From positions 3,968,001 through 4,032,000 of the forward strand of contig JBNJNM010000011.1 in assembly GCA_052426225.1 (NCBI GenBank): 64,000 nucleotides of DNA. The letters run 5' to 3'. Of this stretch, positions 9,889 to 21,719 are shown piece by piece. The translations under genes were made by a program, and so were the position numbers. The notes under the pieces are model-generated. The model saw nothing but the letters and a program-made list of their open reading frames with translations, had not been told where the DNA came from and made no database searches. Within the stretch, counting starts at the first letter, position 1; each line of letters starts with the position of its first letter. The DNA is from Zancudomyces culisetae HAW-14-8. Its lineage: Eukaryota > Fungi > Kickxellomycota.

Positions 9889-12621
9889 ATGGATGGTCCA
9901 ATGGATGTTTCTGATGATGTGTTCCAGTTGATAGACCGAGCAACAAGGGAGGCAAGGGTCCAAAAAGCTTTGTATATTGATCCACTACATATATTTCTGG
10001 AGTATTGCACCACTGAAAGGAGATTAGAGCTTGAAAAGCTATTCCAGTTATTTTATGTCACAATAAATGAAGTTGTAGCAACAGTTAAAGACGAGTTGGT
10101 ACAAATTTCAAGGCATCAAAATGACGATGAGCTGCCATATATTGGTCATGATCTTACAGAAAGACTAGCAAGAGCAAGAGAGCATGCAAAGTTTAGTGGT
10201 GATATCGTAATCGGATTGGACAGTTTGCTTACCTCCATCCTGGAGTCTAAAGAAATAAAAAAAGTTCTGGATATCCTAAATATAGATAGAAAAGAAGTGC
10301 TGGATAATTATGAGAGCATCATGACACACTCAAAAGGTACTTCTGTAGAAAATCCTACAAGTCCACACCTTGAAGTACGAAGCGAGACGGATTTGGTCAA
10401 AGTTGAAATACAGAAACCTAGCCCGCTTGTTTTGGGTAGAAGAAAGTTGGTACTGAAAATGATAAACATGTTTTTCTTAAAAATAAGGAATGCTATTTGG
10501 TTAGTGGGCGAGCGAGGCATTGGCAAAATGTCTGTAATAAGATCGCTTGCACAGGTAGTTGTGGGAAGTAATGATCCGGATGCTTTTACGTGCAGTATTT
10601 TTGTCGTTGACTTTAAGCAGCTTGTAGAGGCATCGGAACACAGTATTTTAGAAAAGGTGCGGGCTATAAAACTTGAGAGTATGAGATTTAGATATACAAC
10701 CATTATTGTTTTCCAAGATTTAGATGCACTGAAGAATCGAACGACACCAATTTGCTTGAAATCCATAATTAATGAGTGCGTTGAAAACAATACAGTAAAG
10801 TTAGTGGTTACATCAACCTACAGCTATTATGACGAAATACAAAAAAGTGGTAATCTTTCAGAGTTAGTTGTAAACAAAATTGAAGTTGATGAGTTGAATG
10901 TTGAGGATACAATTAATGTGTTGAGAAGCCAGAAAAAAAGTTACGAGGAGAAGTATACTGTAGTAGTACCAGATGCTGTTCTGGTTCAAATAGTCAGAGC
11001 AACCGATAGGTACGTAAAAAGTTGTGTACAGCCAACAAAAGCGTTGAATACGCTTGAAAAAGTTTGTTCGTTGACTTGTGCACAATACGATTACACACTG
11101 AAAAAGGTATACGAGAATATGTCTGGTGTGAAGGAGGTGCAGTATATTATAGCTCTATTGAAAGAGGCTAAGCTTGAAAGTAAATTAAAAACAAACAATG
11201 GATTGGATTTGGAGCTACAAAGGGAAAAAAAAACACTAGAATATCTTCGGTACAATCTATATAGAATCCGAAAAGGCATAAGTACCGGGGATCTCGCACT
11301 TTACAACAAGAAAGAATTCTTGCGAGATTACAACGTTCAAAAGTCGAAAGATAAGAGTAATAGCAACTCGCAGCTAAAAAATGATATGACCGTAAGGATG
11401 GAAAGCGAATTTGTAGCACGCGCATTAAAACTTGACAACGTAGCCAGCACAGAGAGTGTCACTGTTGTAATAGCAGATGATACAGGGCTTCCATTGACTG
11501 AAATATTTGACAAGGAAGTTGATGAAAACGATTCCGGAAGCAGAGCAGCTAAAGTAGTAAATCTTGAGGAAAAATTAAAGAAGGTAATTATGGGGCAAGA
11601 TCACGCAGTAGCATTATGTAATTCAATAAAAAGGATGGTTTGTGGATTCAACAGTTCGAAAAGACCAATAGGATCGTATCTACTTTTGGGACCTACAGGC
11701 GTGGGTAAGACTGAGATTTGTAACCAGCTTGCACAACATCTCTTTCAAGCTAAGGAGAACAGATGTCAAGGGAGTAAAATTCTCCGGATAAATATGTCTG
11801 AATTTAAGGAAAAACATACTCTTTCAAAACTGATTGGATCACCTCCAGGATATATCGGATCCCAAGAGGGTGGGATGTTAACTAACTTTGTTAAAAAAAA
11901 CAGCTACTCGATCGTATTGTTTGATGAGTTTGAGAAGGCCCATCCAGATATACACAATATGCTTTTGGGATTGCTGGATTATGGGGGATTAAATGACGGG
12001 CTGGGAAACTTTGTTGATTTCACAAATACAATTATAATGTTGACGTCAAATGTGGGGCAAAAGGTTATAATTGAACAAACCATGGGCTCAATATCAAGGC
12101 AATCCAGCACACTTTTTGGTAACAATGATGACACAGAAGGGAAACACGTGCTAGACAATATTGCTTACTCAACTATAAGGGCGGCTGTCGACATTACACT
12201 TAAAGAGATGTTCCGCCCAGAACTGATAAATCGATTTGACGAGGTTATAATTTTCAATGCCTTGAGTAAATATGAACTGACAAAAATTATTGAACTACAG
12301 CTGAATAAGTTCAAACAAACGCTCGTACAAGAAAAGGGTATTTCTCTACATTACAGTAACACTAGTCTAAGACAATTTGTAGATGCCAATTATGATCCAT
12401 TTTACGGAGCGAGAGAAATGAAAAGATATATCGAGAGGCATGTTGTTACACAGATTTCAGATCTTATTATCAATGGGAAACTAAAGGCGGGAGATGAAGT
12501 ATACATGGAGTACGCGAGGGAGCACTATAATGGAAACGGTAGCAGTAGTAGCTGTGGTGGTATAAATCTGATGAGAGGACAGTTTAATATTCATTATAGT
12601 GCGGGGCTTGAAAAAAAATAG
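9889..12621 (+). CDS. Hsp104/ClpB-family AAA+ protein, divergent (NBD1 degenerate)
   Basis: Clp-N-like repeats; NBD2 motifs GPTGVGKT, LIGSPPGYIG, VLFDEFEKAHPD, VDFTNTIIMLTSNVG, FRPELINRFDE, YGAREMKR. Confidence 0.88.
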   Translation: MDGPMDVSDDVFQLIDRATREARVQKALYIDPLHIFLEYCTTERRLELEKLFQLFYVTINEVVATVKDELVQISRHQNDDELPYIGHDLTERLARAREHAKFSGDIVIGLDSLLTSILESKEIKKVLDILNIDRKEVLDNYESIMTHSKGTSVENPTSPHLEVRSETDLVKVEIQKPSPLVLGRRKLVLKMINMFFLKIRNAIWLVGERGIGKMSVIRSLAQVVVGSNDPDAFTCSIFVVDFKQLVEASEHSILEKVRAIKLESMRFRYTTIIVFQDLDALKNRTTPICLKSIINECVENNTVKLVVTSTYSYYDEIQKSGNLSELVVNKIEVDELNVEDTINVLRSQKKSYEEKYTVVVPDAVLVQIVRATDRYVKSCVQPTKALNTLEKVCSLTCAQYDYTLKKVYENMSGVKEVQYIIALLKEAKLESKLKTNNGLDLELQREKKTLEYLRYNLYRIRKGISTGDLALYNKKEFLRDYNVQKSKDKSNSNSQLKNDMTVRMESEFVARALKLDNVASTESVTVVIADDTGLPLTEIFDKEVDENDSGSRAAKVVNLEEKLKKVIMGQDHAVALCNSIKRMVCGFNSSKRPIGSYLLLGPTGVGKTEICNQLAQHLFQAKENRCQGSKILRINMSEFKEKHTLSKLIGSPPGYIGSQEGGMLTNFVKKNSYSIVLFDEFEKAHPDIHNMLLGLLDYGGLNDGLGNFVDFTNTIIMLTSNVGQKVIIEQTMGSISRQSSTLFGNNDDTEGKHVLDNIAYSTIRAAVDITLKEMFRPELINRFDEVIIFNALSKYELTKIIELQLNKFKQTLVQEKGISLHYSNTSLRQFVDANYDPFYGAREMKRYIERHVVTQISDLIINGKLKAGDEVYMEYAREHYNGNGSSSSCGGINLMRGQFNIHYSAGLEKK

Positions 12622-13355
12622 TGGTTTTTTATCTTATTTTTATTAATTGTTTATTTGATTTCTTCAAGATACTTTTAGCCTTGATTTGGCATATTTTGGT
12701 AGCAAATACTACATCTTTATTTTTTTGAATTTAATGTGATAATTATTCAGTATAATCACCAGGTAAAAAGAAAAATACTATATTTGCTATTGGGGGTGTT
12801 TAGCAGTGAATATATGGTGTCTTGATTAGAAGTCCTAGGTACTTTTAAAGATGAAACTCGTTACCTTGAAGTTCCATTTAATAAAAGTTCAAGCAAAAAC
12901 AGGTTCGCTATTAACCCACACACAAATTAGTGCTATTAAACGTGTAACTTTTCTTATTTTGCCTTTTTTGATTTTGTTGTCTTTTAATATCCCCTGTTTC
13001 GGCTTTTTTAGGGAGAGAGCGGGTGAGGTTCGATTTTTGTTGGGGAGGAGGTGTGAGTATGAGTGCATTTACATTCTGGGAATTTTGGAATTTTGGAAAT
13101 AAAACTTGGTGAGTTAACTGATGGGTTTTATTGGCAAAAAATGAATGGGGTGAATATTTTTGATGAGCCTATTCGCTCAAACACTGACCCTTCCTTGGGG
13201 GGATTTAATGTAGAGCAAGCTAGCGCAGATCATAATGCGCAACTTTAATCGCAAGAAAAAAGTATATAACCCTTTGACAAATCGCTAAGAAAAAGATACA
13301 GGACCCGAAACGATATCAACACTCAAAAGAAGAAAAAACAAACAGATTTGTCGCA

Positions 13356-15059
13356 ATGGACTTGGGGCTTGAAAGAATAAAACATTTTTTAAACAATGTC
13401 TTGGATCAAAATCCCTGCAGAAAACTAAAGATAATCCACATAACAGGAACAAACGGAAAGGGTTCTGTTTGCGCATTCATCAGCTCAGTACTATGCCAAA
13501 AGCTACCCAAGGTCGGTACCTTCAATTCTCCGCACTTGGTAACAGTTCGCGATAGTATTAAAATCAACAACAAAGAAATATCAGAGCTTGATCATGCAAG
13601 GATCGTGGGATATATACGAAAAAAATTAGAACAGTTAGAACAAAGATTCCAACTGACCAATTTTGAAATACTAGTAGTTGAAATGCTACTTTATTTTGTT
13701 GAGCAAGACGTGGATATTGCGTTGCTTGAAGTGGGTGTTGGTGGGCTAAAGGATGCGACCAACGTATTTGATGGGTGCTGTAGCAGGGAAGAAGGGGAAT
13801 CATTGAATAGTGATAATGGTGGGAACAAGAACAGCGGTGTGACAGGATCCCTTATTCAATGCATAACCAATATCGGGCATGACCACATTGGGCTTATTGG
13901 GAACAACTTGACTGAGATTACCAGAGAAAAGCTAGGAATTGTAAAGCGAAATAGCATAGTTGTAATAGGACCGCAGCATGAGCAAGAAGTTGTTGATGTG
14001 ATTACCAGCGAAATGCAGCGTGATGGGATATTAAAAAATTGCAAAAAGTTAATAGCACTGCATAAAGGCGACTATGATATCAAAACCCTGCCAATAAACG
14101 GCCGAATTGTGGGGTTGTATGATAAAAAAAAAAGTTGTATGAATAATGTTTTGGCAGATGGGAGTGATAATGGACGTAAAAAGAACGTTGAAGCTGGTGC
14201 AGGGGAACTAAAAACACGCGAAATACCACATTTGATTATAGAAAGCATGAGTATTCCACTTGTGTTGAATGGAAACCATCAAGCGGATAACGCTGCAGTG
14301 GCGTACCATGTGATCCAAGAAATAAACCAATCTCTATCACTGGGGCTGAACCGGGAGGATATCTACTATGGCTTTTATAGCACTGAATGGGTTGGAAGAT
14401 TGACATGGCTATCTTTTAACACGACAGAAAATCGGATTGTTGTTAAAAAATTTGCACCAAAGCGCTATACAGTTAATGCTAAAGATGAGGATAGCAAAAA
14501 TTTAGACACTAGCAAAAACAACAATGATATAGTGAATATCCTGGTTGATGGGGCACACAATGTTCCTGCTGCCCAGAAGGTTGTAGAGTATATTAATGGA
14601 ACCATCAACAGCTGTAGTCATTGTGGCTGCGATAGAAACAAGAATGATATCCAAAAAAGAAGAGTAGTATACGTGGCTAATTTTACAGCCGGAAAAAACT
14701 ACAAAGAAATCATGGATATTATATTTACAACAAACCAAGACAATTCAAATAAAAGTGAAAACGGAGGTTGGTGTAAGTGCGATGTTATTAGAGAGTTTTG
14801 GACATGTCCATTTACGCAACCCGACCAAATGCCATGGATAAATTGCATAGATTGTGCTGAACTTGTTGAATATGTTACCCCCAATAAAGAAAAATACAAA
14901 ATAAGCAAGTCTAGAATGTTTGAAAACTGGCAACAAATATTCAAAGAGCTGGTGTGCTACAAAAAAATAGGGGTAGCTAACTTGGACGTGGTGGTGTTCG
15001 GATCGTTATACTTGGTAGCGGATTTATTTAGAGAGGTCCAAATTAAAGAAACACGGTGA
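13356..15059 (+). CDS. FOL3: Dihydrofolate synthase / folylpolyglutamate synthase
   Basis: MDLGLERI, IHITGTNGKGS, FNSPHL, LEVGVGGLKDATNV, DHIGLIG, WVGRL, LVDGAHN, FGSLYLV. Confidence 0.88.
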   Translation: MDLGLERIKHFLNNVLDQNPCRKLKIIHITGTNGKGSVCAFISSVLCQKLPKVGTFNSPHLVTVRDSIKINNKEISELDHARIVGYIRKKLEQLEQRFQLTNFEILVVEMLLYFVEQDVDIALLEVGVGGLKDATNVFDGCCSREEGESLNSDNGGNKNSGVTGSLIQCITNIGHDHIGLIGNNLTEITREKLGIVKRNSIVVIGPQHEQEVVDVITSEMQRDGILKNCKKLIALHKGDYDIKTLPINGRIVGLYDKKKSCMNNVLADGSDNGRKKNVEAGAGELKTREIPHLIIESMSIPLVLNGNHQADNAAVAYHVIQEINQSLSLGLNREDIYYGFYSTEWVGRLTWLSFNTTENRIVVKKFAPKRYTVNAKDEDSKNLDTSKNNNDIVNILVDGAHNVPAAQKVVEYINGTINSCSHCGCDRNKNDIQKRRVVYVANFTAGKNYKEIMDIIFTTNQDNSNKSENGGWCKCDVIREFWTCPFTQPDQMPWINCIDCAELVEYVTPNKEKYKISKSRMFENWQQIFKELVCYKKIGVANLDVVVFGSLYLVADLFREVQIKETR

Positions 15060-15098
15060 GCCGAAACAAATATACAGGTATCATCAAAAGCGGCCAAA

Positions 15099-17855
15099 CT
15101 AAAATGTTGTGCGATACTTTTTGATTTCCAACATTAGAGTTTGTACGTTCAACAAACCGAGCTCGTATACTTTCTCATTAAGTAGCGCCTGGCATAGCTC
15201 CACGAAATGCTGGTAATAAATGATTAACAAACGCAAGGTGTCTTGGACGATTCTAGTTCCGGTGTGAAAATTGGAAAATTTATGAATAGTGGATTTGTTG
15301 ATTACAGCAATCTGCATCTTCCACTCGTAGTTGAACTGGGTGATCAGTGGAGGAATTTCCAAGATAGCGCTGTCGCCATTACCTCTCCTACCATTGAGCG
15401 GGCTTGTATCAGATGACCCAATTGGTTCTTTGACTTTTTTTGCTCCTAAGTCTCTATTTTCATCACCTTCATTTTCACCTTTTGTAGCTTGTTGTTTTAC
15501 AAACCTCGTTAAATATCCGAAATAAAAATCCAAGGTTTCCTCACAGTAATTGTTAATCGTTTCGTCCAAGAGATCAGTCCAAAATGCAAATTCGGAGTCC
15601 ACAAGACTCAATTCGTTTTCTTTGAGAATTGAAACCACCAAGTCATAGTTATTTACCAAAAATACCAGCTCTGTCAGCTTGTCTGCACTGGAAGCAATTG
15701 ATAAAGTTTTTAGCAAGCATTGTCTTAGCCTCATCATGCTATTAGCCAATGTGGAATGATGGTTAACTAATATAAAGAAAATACTCTTAGATGTATGAAT
15801 AACTGATCTTTACCTTGTGGAAAATGAATTGACAGAAATGTCAAACTCTAGTTTATAAAGCATCGATACAAAACTTGCATAAATTCGGGTTTCGTCTAAC
15901 GCAAAGGTAGTGGATTCATGTTCATCGCTCTTGGGCTTCATCAACTGCAGACCAAATTTCTTTAGTTTTGTTGCTGCGGCCACAGCTACAGCTGGAGGAT
16001 TCATTAGCGATGAGGCAGCAGAGGCCAGGGTTGATAAAGAGCCCGGCGTACCTGGCGATAGAGAAATTCTCTCAACCAGTGCATCTACGGCTAATAGTGC
16101 CTTAGGCCAAACCATTAGACCCAAACCATCAAAGTAGCTGTCCAAAACTGCAATTTTTCGCAGGTGAAGAATAGTTTGGAGCAAAGAAAATGAGCGTAAA
16201 ATAATCATCAGTCCCACATGATCGTATCGCAGCCCACTATCTGCCAACTGCCGTGTCGTGTCATTCATGAGTTGTAGTGTGGGTTCAAAAATATTGGAAA
16301 ACATTATTGTACTGATTTGTTCGGCATTACTTCTTCCACTTCCTGAAAAAAACCGCACAATAAATTCGTATTCAGAAGACGCATTATCTACAAGTGCTAT
16401 GTGAAGGTTCATGAAGACCTGGTCTATGCTCAACTTGTCAGCTTGTTGTAGTTTCACCAGTGGCGCGGCTATCCTTGTCTTTAGTACGTCTATCCGGCTT
16501 CCCAAAACATAGTTGCTTTGATTGAGGTGGGTTTCGCCATCTTTCTTACTTAGCATCAGTCCATTTTTGTATTTCTGAAAATGTTGGTAGTAAAATTGCT
16601 TGGCTATACCTATATATGTATCACAAACCTCGATGGCTGCCTGTGGATGCTGTTCAATAAGATACTCGTTGAGATGCTTGTATTTCAATAACTCAAGCGA
16701 CTGATACTCTTGAATACTATGAGTTGCTAGCTTCCGTATCCTATCTATTTTCTCCACCAACTCATCCTTTATTTTTTTACAACTAGAGCTAATCAATCCC
16801 TCTATGACCTGTTTGCTTTCCTGCACCATTTTTATTTTTTCGTTTGCTTTTTTACTATTTTCTATTATTTTCCCGAGCTTCTCAATACTTTTGATGTATT
16901 CATCGTCTATTCCCTTTCCTTCTTGCTCCCCCTGTACCTTTCTGTATCCATAATTCTGTGTTAGTATCTCTAACATTACAAATATATATTCTTGTATTTG
17001 AATCTGTAAAAAAAAAAAACGAGTGTATATTAGATGTGTAATATATCCTACCTTATTATATCTGGATCTATAGCTATTCGCCCTACCACTTTCGATAGTT
17101 GGCTTTCCACTTTCTATTTACCAATTTTTGTTTCGGTTTAGCTTTTGTACCTATGTATTTTTAGTTATTTTTTTTACAACTCTTACCTCTCTATTGGCTT
17201 TTTTAATGCTCATTCTATTACTCTTATTCCATAAATCCTCAATCTCTTGATTTATTCGCCCCAAGTCTTGTTCAAATCCCTCCATCATGCTTTCCATGCT
17301 ACTTAGTACCTGCTCGCACTCCTATGTATCACATATCATGCTGCATTTGGATCAACAAAAATATTAAAAGTATATTTTACTGAATATTTTACCTCTATAC
17401 CATGAGCTATTTCATGCCTATAGCCTACCACACCCTCGTCTATTTTTTTTGATTGTATTCGTAGTTTTTATAGGTATTTTTCTTAACACTATCGAATCTT
17501 CACCTCTCGCTTATGTTAGTTTTCAACTTTTATCCTGCAATTCCGGCTCGATTGTAAGTTACCTTTGTTTATTTGCCTCTCTTGCGCCTTTGCAATCTTA
17601 TCTCTAATTTCTGATCCATAGACGTGTATATTATCCACCTATTTTTGTTAAAGGTATAAAAAAAGGACGAAATCGTTAAACTCACCAAACTTCATACTTT
17701 TGGTACACATTCTATTTTTATCCTGAAATTCTTTCCATTGCCAATCAAGTAACAAAGGGAATGATCCTGCCATGAGACAAGTTCACATGGTACGTATGTT
17801 TTGTGATACTTACATCTATCTCAAATTCACGACTCAATGGAGTGTTGTTTTCCAT
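15099..17855 (-). CDS. VPS52: GARP complex subunit Vps52 (multi-exon; 5' exons approximate)
   Basis: Spliced exons give ECEQVLSSMESMMEGFEQDLGRINQEIEDL...NRE, YQSLELLKYKHL, ALVDNASSEYEFIVRFF, VFLVNNYDLVVSIL, FSNFHTG, and end EIKKYRTTF; all resemble the Vps52 family. Putative ATG at 17855. Confidence 0.85.
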
Positions 17856-18508
17856 CTTTTTTTTTTGGCTCGCTTTGCTGACACCTATCCTGATAGATAT
17901 ATATACCCACCACGTTGCACCGAGTGATTTCTTCTTTATCCCTGCTTTTAATCCAAAATCCCAGTCCCCAGGTTAGCTTTTATCGCGTTCCATATGAATT
18001 CTCAAATTTTGTTACTGCTATTGTTTTTGCTTCATATTTTCATTTTTCGGAAACAAATAGCCCGACTGGTATTTTCGTTTTTTTTTAACTTGCCCTTGCC
18101 CTTTCTTTATCCAACCAGAGCTGAGCATTTAAAATCTCAATAATTATACCAAGAAGTTGGTATTAATCACATATTAATTGGTCACTTTACTTCAATTGAA
18201 AATAATGCAGCTATGAAACCAACATCAAATTAACATAATACTATTCCTAAAAGCAAAACTCCACTTTGAACTACTGCCAATACATGTTAGAAGGTTAGTT
18301 GTGCTTTCTATTTGAAGGCTGGAAAAAATACACTTATCCAGCAATAAATATAGTGGAGGAGAACAATACAAAAAAGGAGCCCAAGACGAGTCTTTTATTC
18401 GTTCACGTTCCATTCTGACATCATATTTTGGACTGTATTCCCTTACAGCTGTGTCCTCCTTTCCTAATTGTCACGCTCTTATTCTTGATGATCTCTCTTG
18501 TTTTGTTT

Positions 18509-19350
18509 TTAAGTTGATGGCTCTATATTTTGCGTAGTGAATAGAGAGTGTTACGACTATCTATGCAATTAAATATATAATATCGACTTTTAATGTGTAC
18601 TGCTTACCCCACTGGAGTCGATCCATTGGACAGCATTGCTGGCTACTTTCGCTTGATAGCCATTTTTCAATGCAATGTAAATGATATATATGACCACATT
18701 TCCCAATCACTATTAATTGGTATTTTTGAATAAGATAAAAGTTGTTGAATTGCATTCAAAAGTACAAAACATTAGAATGTATGTCTTTTTCTTTTTTAAT
18801 AAAGTTCGTATCGGGCGTGCATTTATGTTCGACATTTGTTTTTAAACATATTGTTGATACAATAATCGGAATTACAATAGCTCAAACAATTGTGAGATAG
18901 AAATAAGGCAAGTTTCAACATATAAAGCCTCTGACCGATTTAATGCAATTTATAATTGAGAAAAAGTATAGTATTTTATATCTCAAGTGGTACCTATACT
19001 ACAGTCCAATCCTGGAAACCTACAATCAGGACAACTTGAATCAAATGCATTCCTGCACACTCCACATATATCTTCATCGGGAACATTCCATTTCCAGGCT
19101 GCTACCGTGATCCAGCTATTATATTTACAGAATTTTGGTTTAAGGATTGTTGTTTATAGCTGTTATTCTAATATAATATTGAAGTCGAGATTTTGGGCAT
19201 TTAAATTGGCTATTTTTACTCTGCTTGCATTCGGATTCAAAAATTGCGTTTACCCTACATACAAGTATTTTTAAAAAAAATTAGTAAAGAGCAAAAAAGA
19301 GTCAGTAAGATAGTATATTCAATAGCATTACTTTTAACTGTTACTTTCAT
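18509..19350 (-). CDS. APC11: Anaphase-promoting complex subunit 11 (RING-H2), 85 aa; exons 19350-19332, 19254 (1 nt), 19115-18994, 18709-18608, 18522-18509
   Basis: Spliced product MKVTVKSWITVAAWKWNVPDEDICGVCRNAFDSSCPDCRFPGLDCSIVIGKCGHIYHLHCIEKWLSSESSQQCCPMDRLQWEPST; all introns GT-AG. Confidence 0.9.
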
Positions 19351-20363
19351 TTCTATAAACCCCACTACCTTGAATTGTATATGTTTAAATAGTGTTTTTG
19401 TTTGTTTGTTTTTTTGATTTTCTGCTTTTTAATATTTGGTTTCGATTTGGGTAAAATATTCTGGTTTTGTGATTCTTCACCAAATCATAAGCCCTCCTCA
19501 CATCACTTTACAATGTGATTGATCAACTAAAAATACTGCGTATGAATAACTAACTCAACTCATATAACTTTTATTCCTCTACCCGTTTTTGCAGCATAGC
19601 ATTTGCTCAGGGGATCCGGTTTGGCTGAAATAAAAAAAAGTAGTTATGTTATTTAAAAACATAGTAGAAAGCCTACATAATATCATCCCTCCTTTTTTTT
19701 TGGCTTGTTTAGTTCAAATAAACAGTTTTGGAAATTTTGTGAGAAAGTAGAAAAATACCCTACAACAACTGGTATACCCGCCAGCTTATTTTTTTCCTTT
19801 TCAGGCTATGCTAGAATCTTATTCTGGAACCAAGTAAGTGTATGGTTCAACACTGGCATAGGAGAATTTGCAAAATACAGGGATCTAAAGAAGACAACAC
19901 CCGAATTTCCAAACATGCTCGGCTTTAGGTGCTGCCGCGTTTTTTTTTTGACGAATCTTTCAAGCTTCTCTAAACTTCGAACTTTCTTTTTAAATGATAT
20001 AGAATTCGCTTCTGTTTTTTAAAAGTCATTCTATATCTGTTTATAGTTAGATAAAGACATTCTGTAAGAATAAGACTGAACTAGTGCTTAATACCAAGAA
20101 GAAGTAATACATTAGATTAAATTGCACTTTCTTTTAACAAAGCAGGTCAGCTAAACCACAGATATCATAATATTATCCTTCGTATCAAAGCACTATTAAA
20201 TTCGTTGATGGTTTGTGTCCTGTACTGGTAAGTTCAGTGTTTCTGTATTTATTGTTTAATAGTATGTATATATTCGAATCGCATACTATCCTCCAAGCGT
20301 TTTTTATAGTTTGTGCAAATACTATATCACAATATTAGCTGTTAGTCACTAACAAGCTGCTAA

Positions 20364-21719
20364 ATGCATAAGAGTATGGATACTACAAGGAACAATCCTG
20401 ATGTGAATCAGCTTCGAAAGCCATCAATCAAAGTATATGATGACGTAAACCCCGGTCTTAGTATTTGCAATGATGTCGATACTCTTACTGATCCAGATCC
20501 AGGTCCAGGTCCAGGTCCAGAGCCAGAACCAGATTGTGGATATGCCTGGATTATATTACTTGCCTCGTTTATAAGCAATGGTATTGTTCTCGGAAGCCTA
20601 AACGTATTTGTGTTGTTCTACAGCAAATACATCTCTGATATATTTGCGCACGAGAGTATTGTGTATATTTCGTGGATAGGAACACTGGCAATCTCATGTT
20701 CATTGACATTTACACTGTTTTCTGGACCACTGGCGTCATTTATAGGAATAAGAAACACTATGTTTCTTGGTGTAGCGTTATTGGGATTGGGATACATCGC
20801 TGCCTCTTTCTTTACAGAAGTATGGCATCTTATTCTGACACAGGGCATATTGATAGGGCTGGGTACAGGTCTGATTTTTAACTTGACAATACTAGTAGTA
20901 ACAATATGGTTTAATAAAAAAAGGAGCATCGCTATAGGTATAGCCACATCTGGAGCATCCATAACCTCGCTAGTATTAAATCCCATTATTAAGCTATTAA
21001 TGAATAGGGTAGGGATAGTATGGACGTTCAGAATTCTTGGCGGTTCATATACTGTGATAGTTGGTATATGTGTCTCTGTTTTAAAACCAAGGATAAAGCT
21101 CAACATCGAACGATCTTTTATAAACTTGACCCTGTTGAAAAACCCATTTATGTTGTTTTATTGTGCCTCCTCATTCTTTATGGAGATCGGATTTGTTGCA
21201 ACATTAATGTACTTTCCAAACTCCGCTTCGTACAAAACAGGAAAAGATCTCGTGTCTACAGTGGTTCTAGTAAATAACTCGTGTATGTTTCTAGGCAAAA
21301 TAATTATCAGTCTTGTGGGTAAAGAGATTGGACAGGTACTTACGCTCTCATTAGCACATGCTGTTTGCGGATTGGCGATCGCTACAATGTGGTACTTAGG
21401 GGAAAACCTGGTAGTATTGTTTATGTTTATAGTGATATATGGACTCTTATGTACATCTATTCTGTGTTTGGGCCCAGCTATAATGTCCGCAATCTATACC
21501 AGCGAAGAGCTGAGTCAAGCCAACGCGCTTTGTTTTTTATCCCTAGGGTTGGGTGTTATTGTTGGGTCTCCAACAATTGGCAAGTTAATAGATGTTTATG
21601 ATGATCGCGATGAGCACAAACTAGCGGCAATTTTTGGCTCATGTAGTTACTTTGTTTCTGTCTTTTTTCTTTTGCTTGGGATGTATGTGGCTAAAAAAAA
21701 ATCCATCAGAATACCATAG
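20364..21719 (+). CDS. MFS monocarboxylate-porter (MCT/Mch-like) transporter
   Basis: PDCGYAWIILLAS N-terminal motif, TQGILIGLGTG, WFNKKRSIAIGIATSG, about 12 hydrophobic segments. Confidence 0.85.
   Translation: MHKSMDTTRNNPDVNQLRKPSIKVYDDVNPGLSICNDVDTLTDPDPGPGPGPEPEPDCGYAWIILLASFISNGIVLGSLNVFVLFYSKYISDIFAHESIVYISWIGTLAISCSLTFTLFSGPLASFIGIRNTMFLGVALLGLGYIAASFFTEVWHLILTQGILIGLGTGLIFNLTILVVTIWFNKKRSIAIGIATSGASITSLVLNPIIKLLMNRVGIVWTFRILGGSYTVIVGICVSVLKPRIKLNIERSFINLTLLKNPFMLFYCASSFFMEIGFVATLMYFPNSASYKTGKDLVSTVVLVNNSCMFLGKIIISLVGKEIGQVLTLSLAHAVCGLAIATMWYLGENLVVLFMFIVIYGLLCTSILCLGPAIMSAIYTSEELSQANALCFLSLGLGVIVGSPTIGKLIDVYDDRDEHKLAAIFGSCSYFVSVFFLLLGMYVAKKKSIRIP

Noticed and set aside
19705-20022. 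105-aa ORF between APC11 and the MFS transporter
   Set aside because: Non-ATG start, no motif and no splice partners
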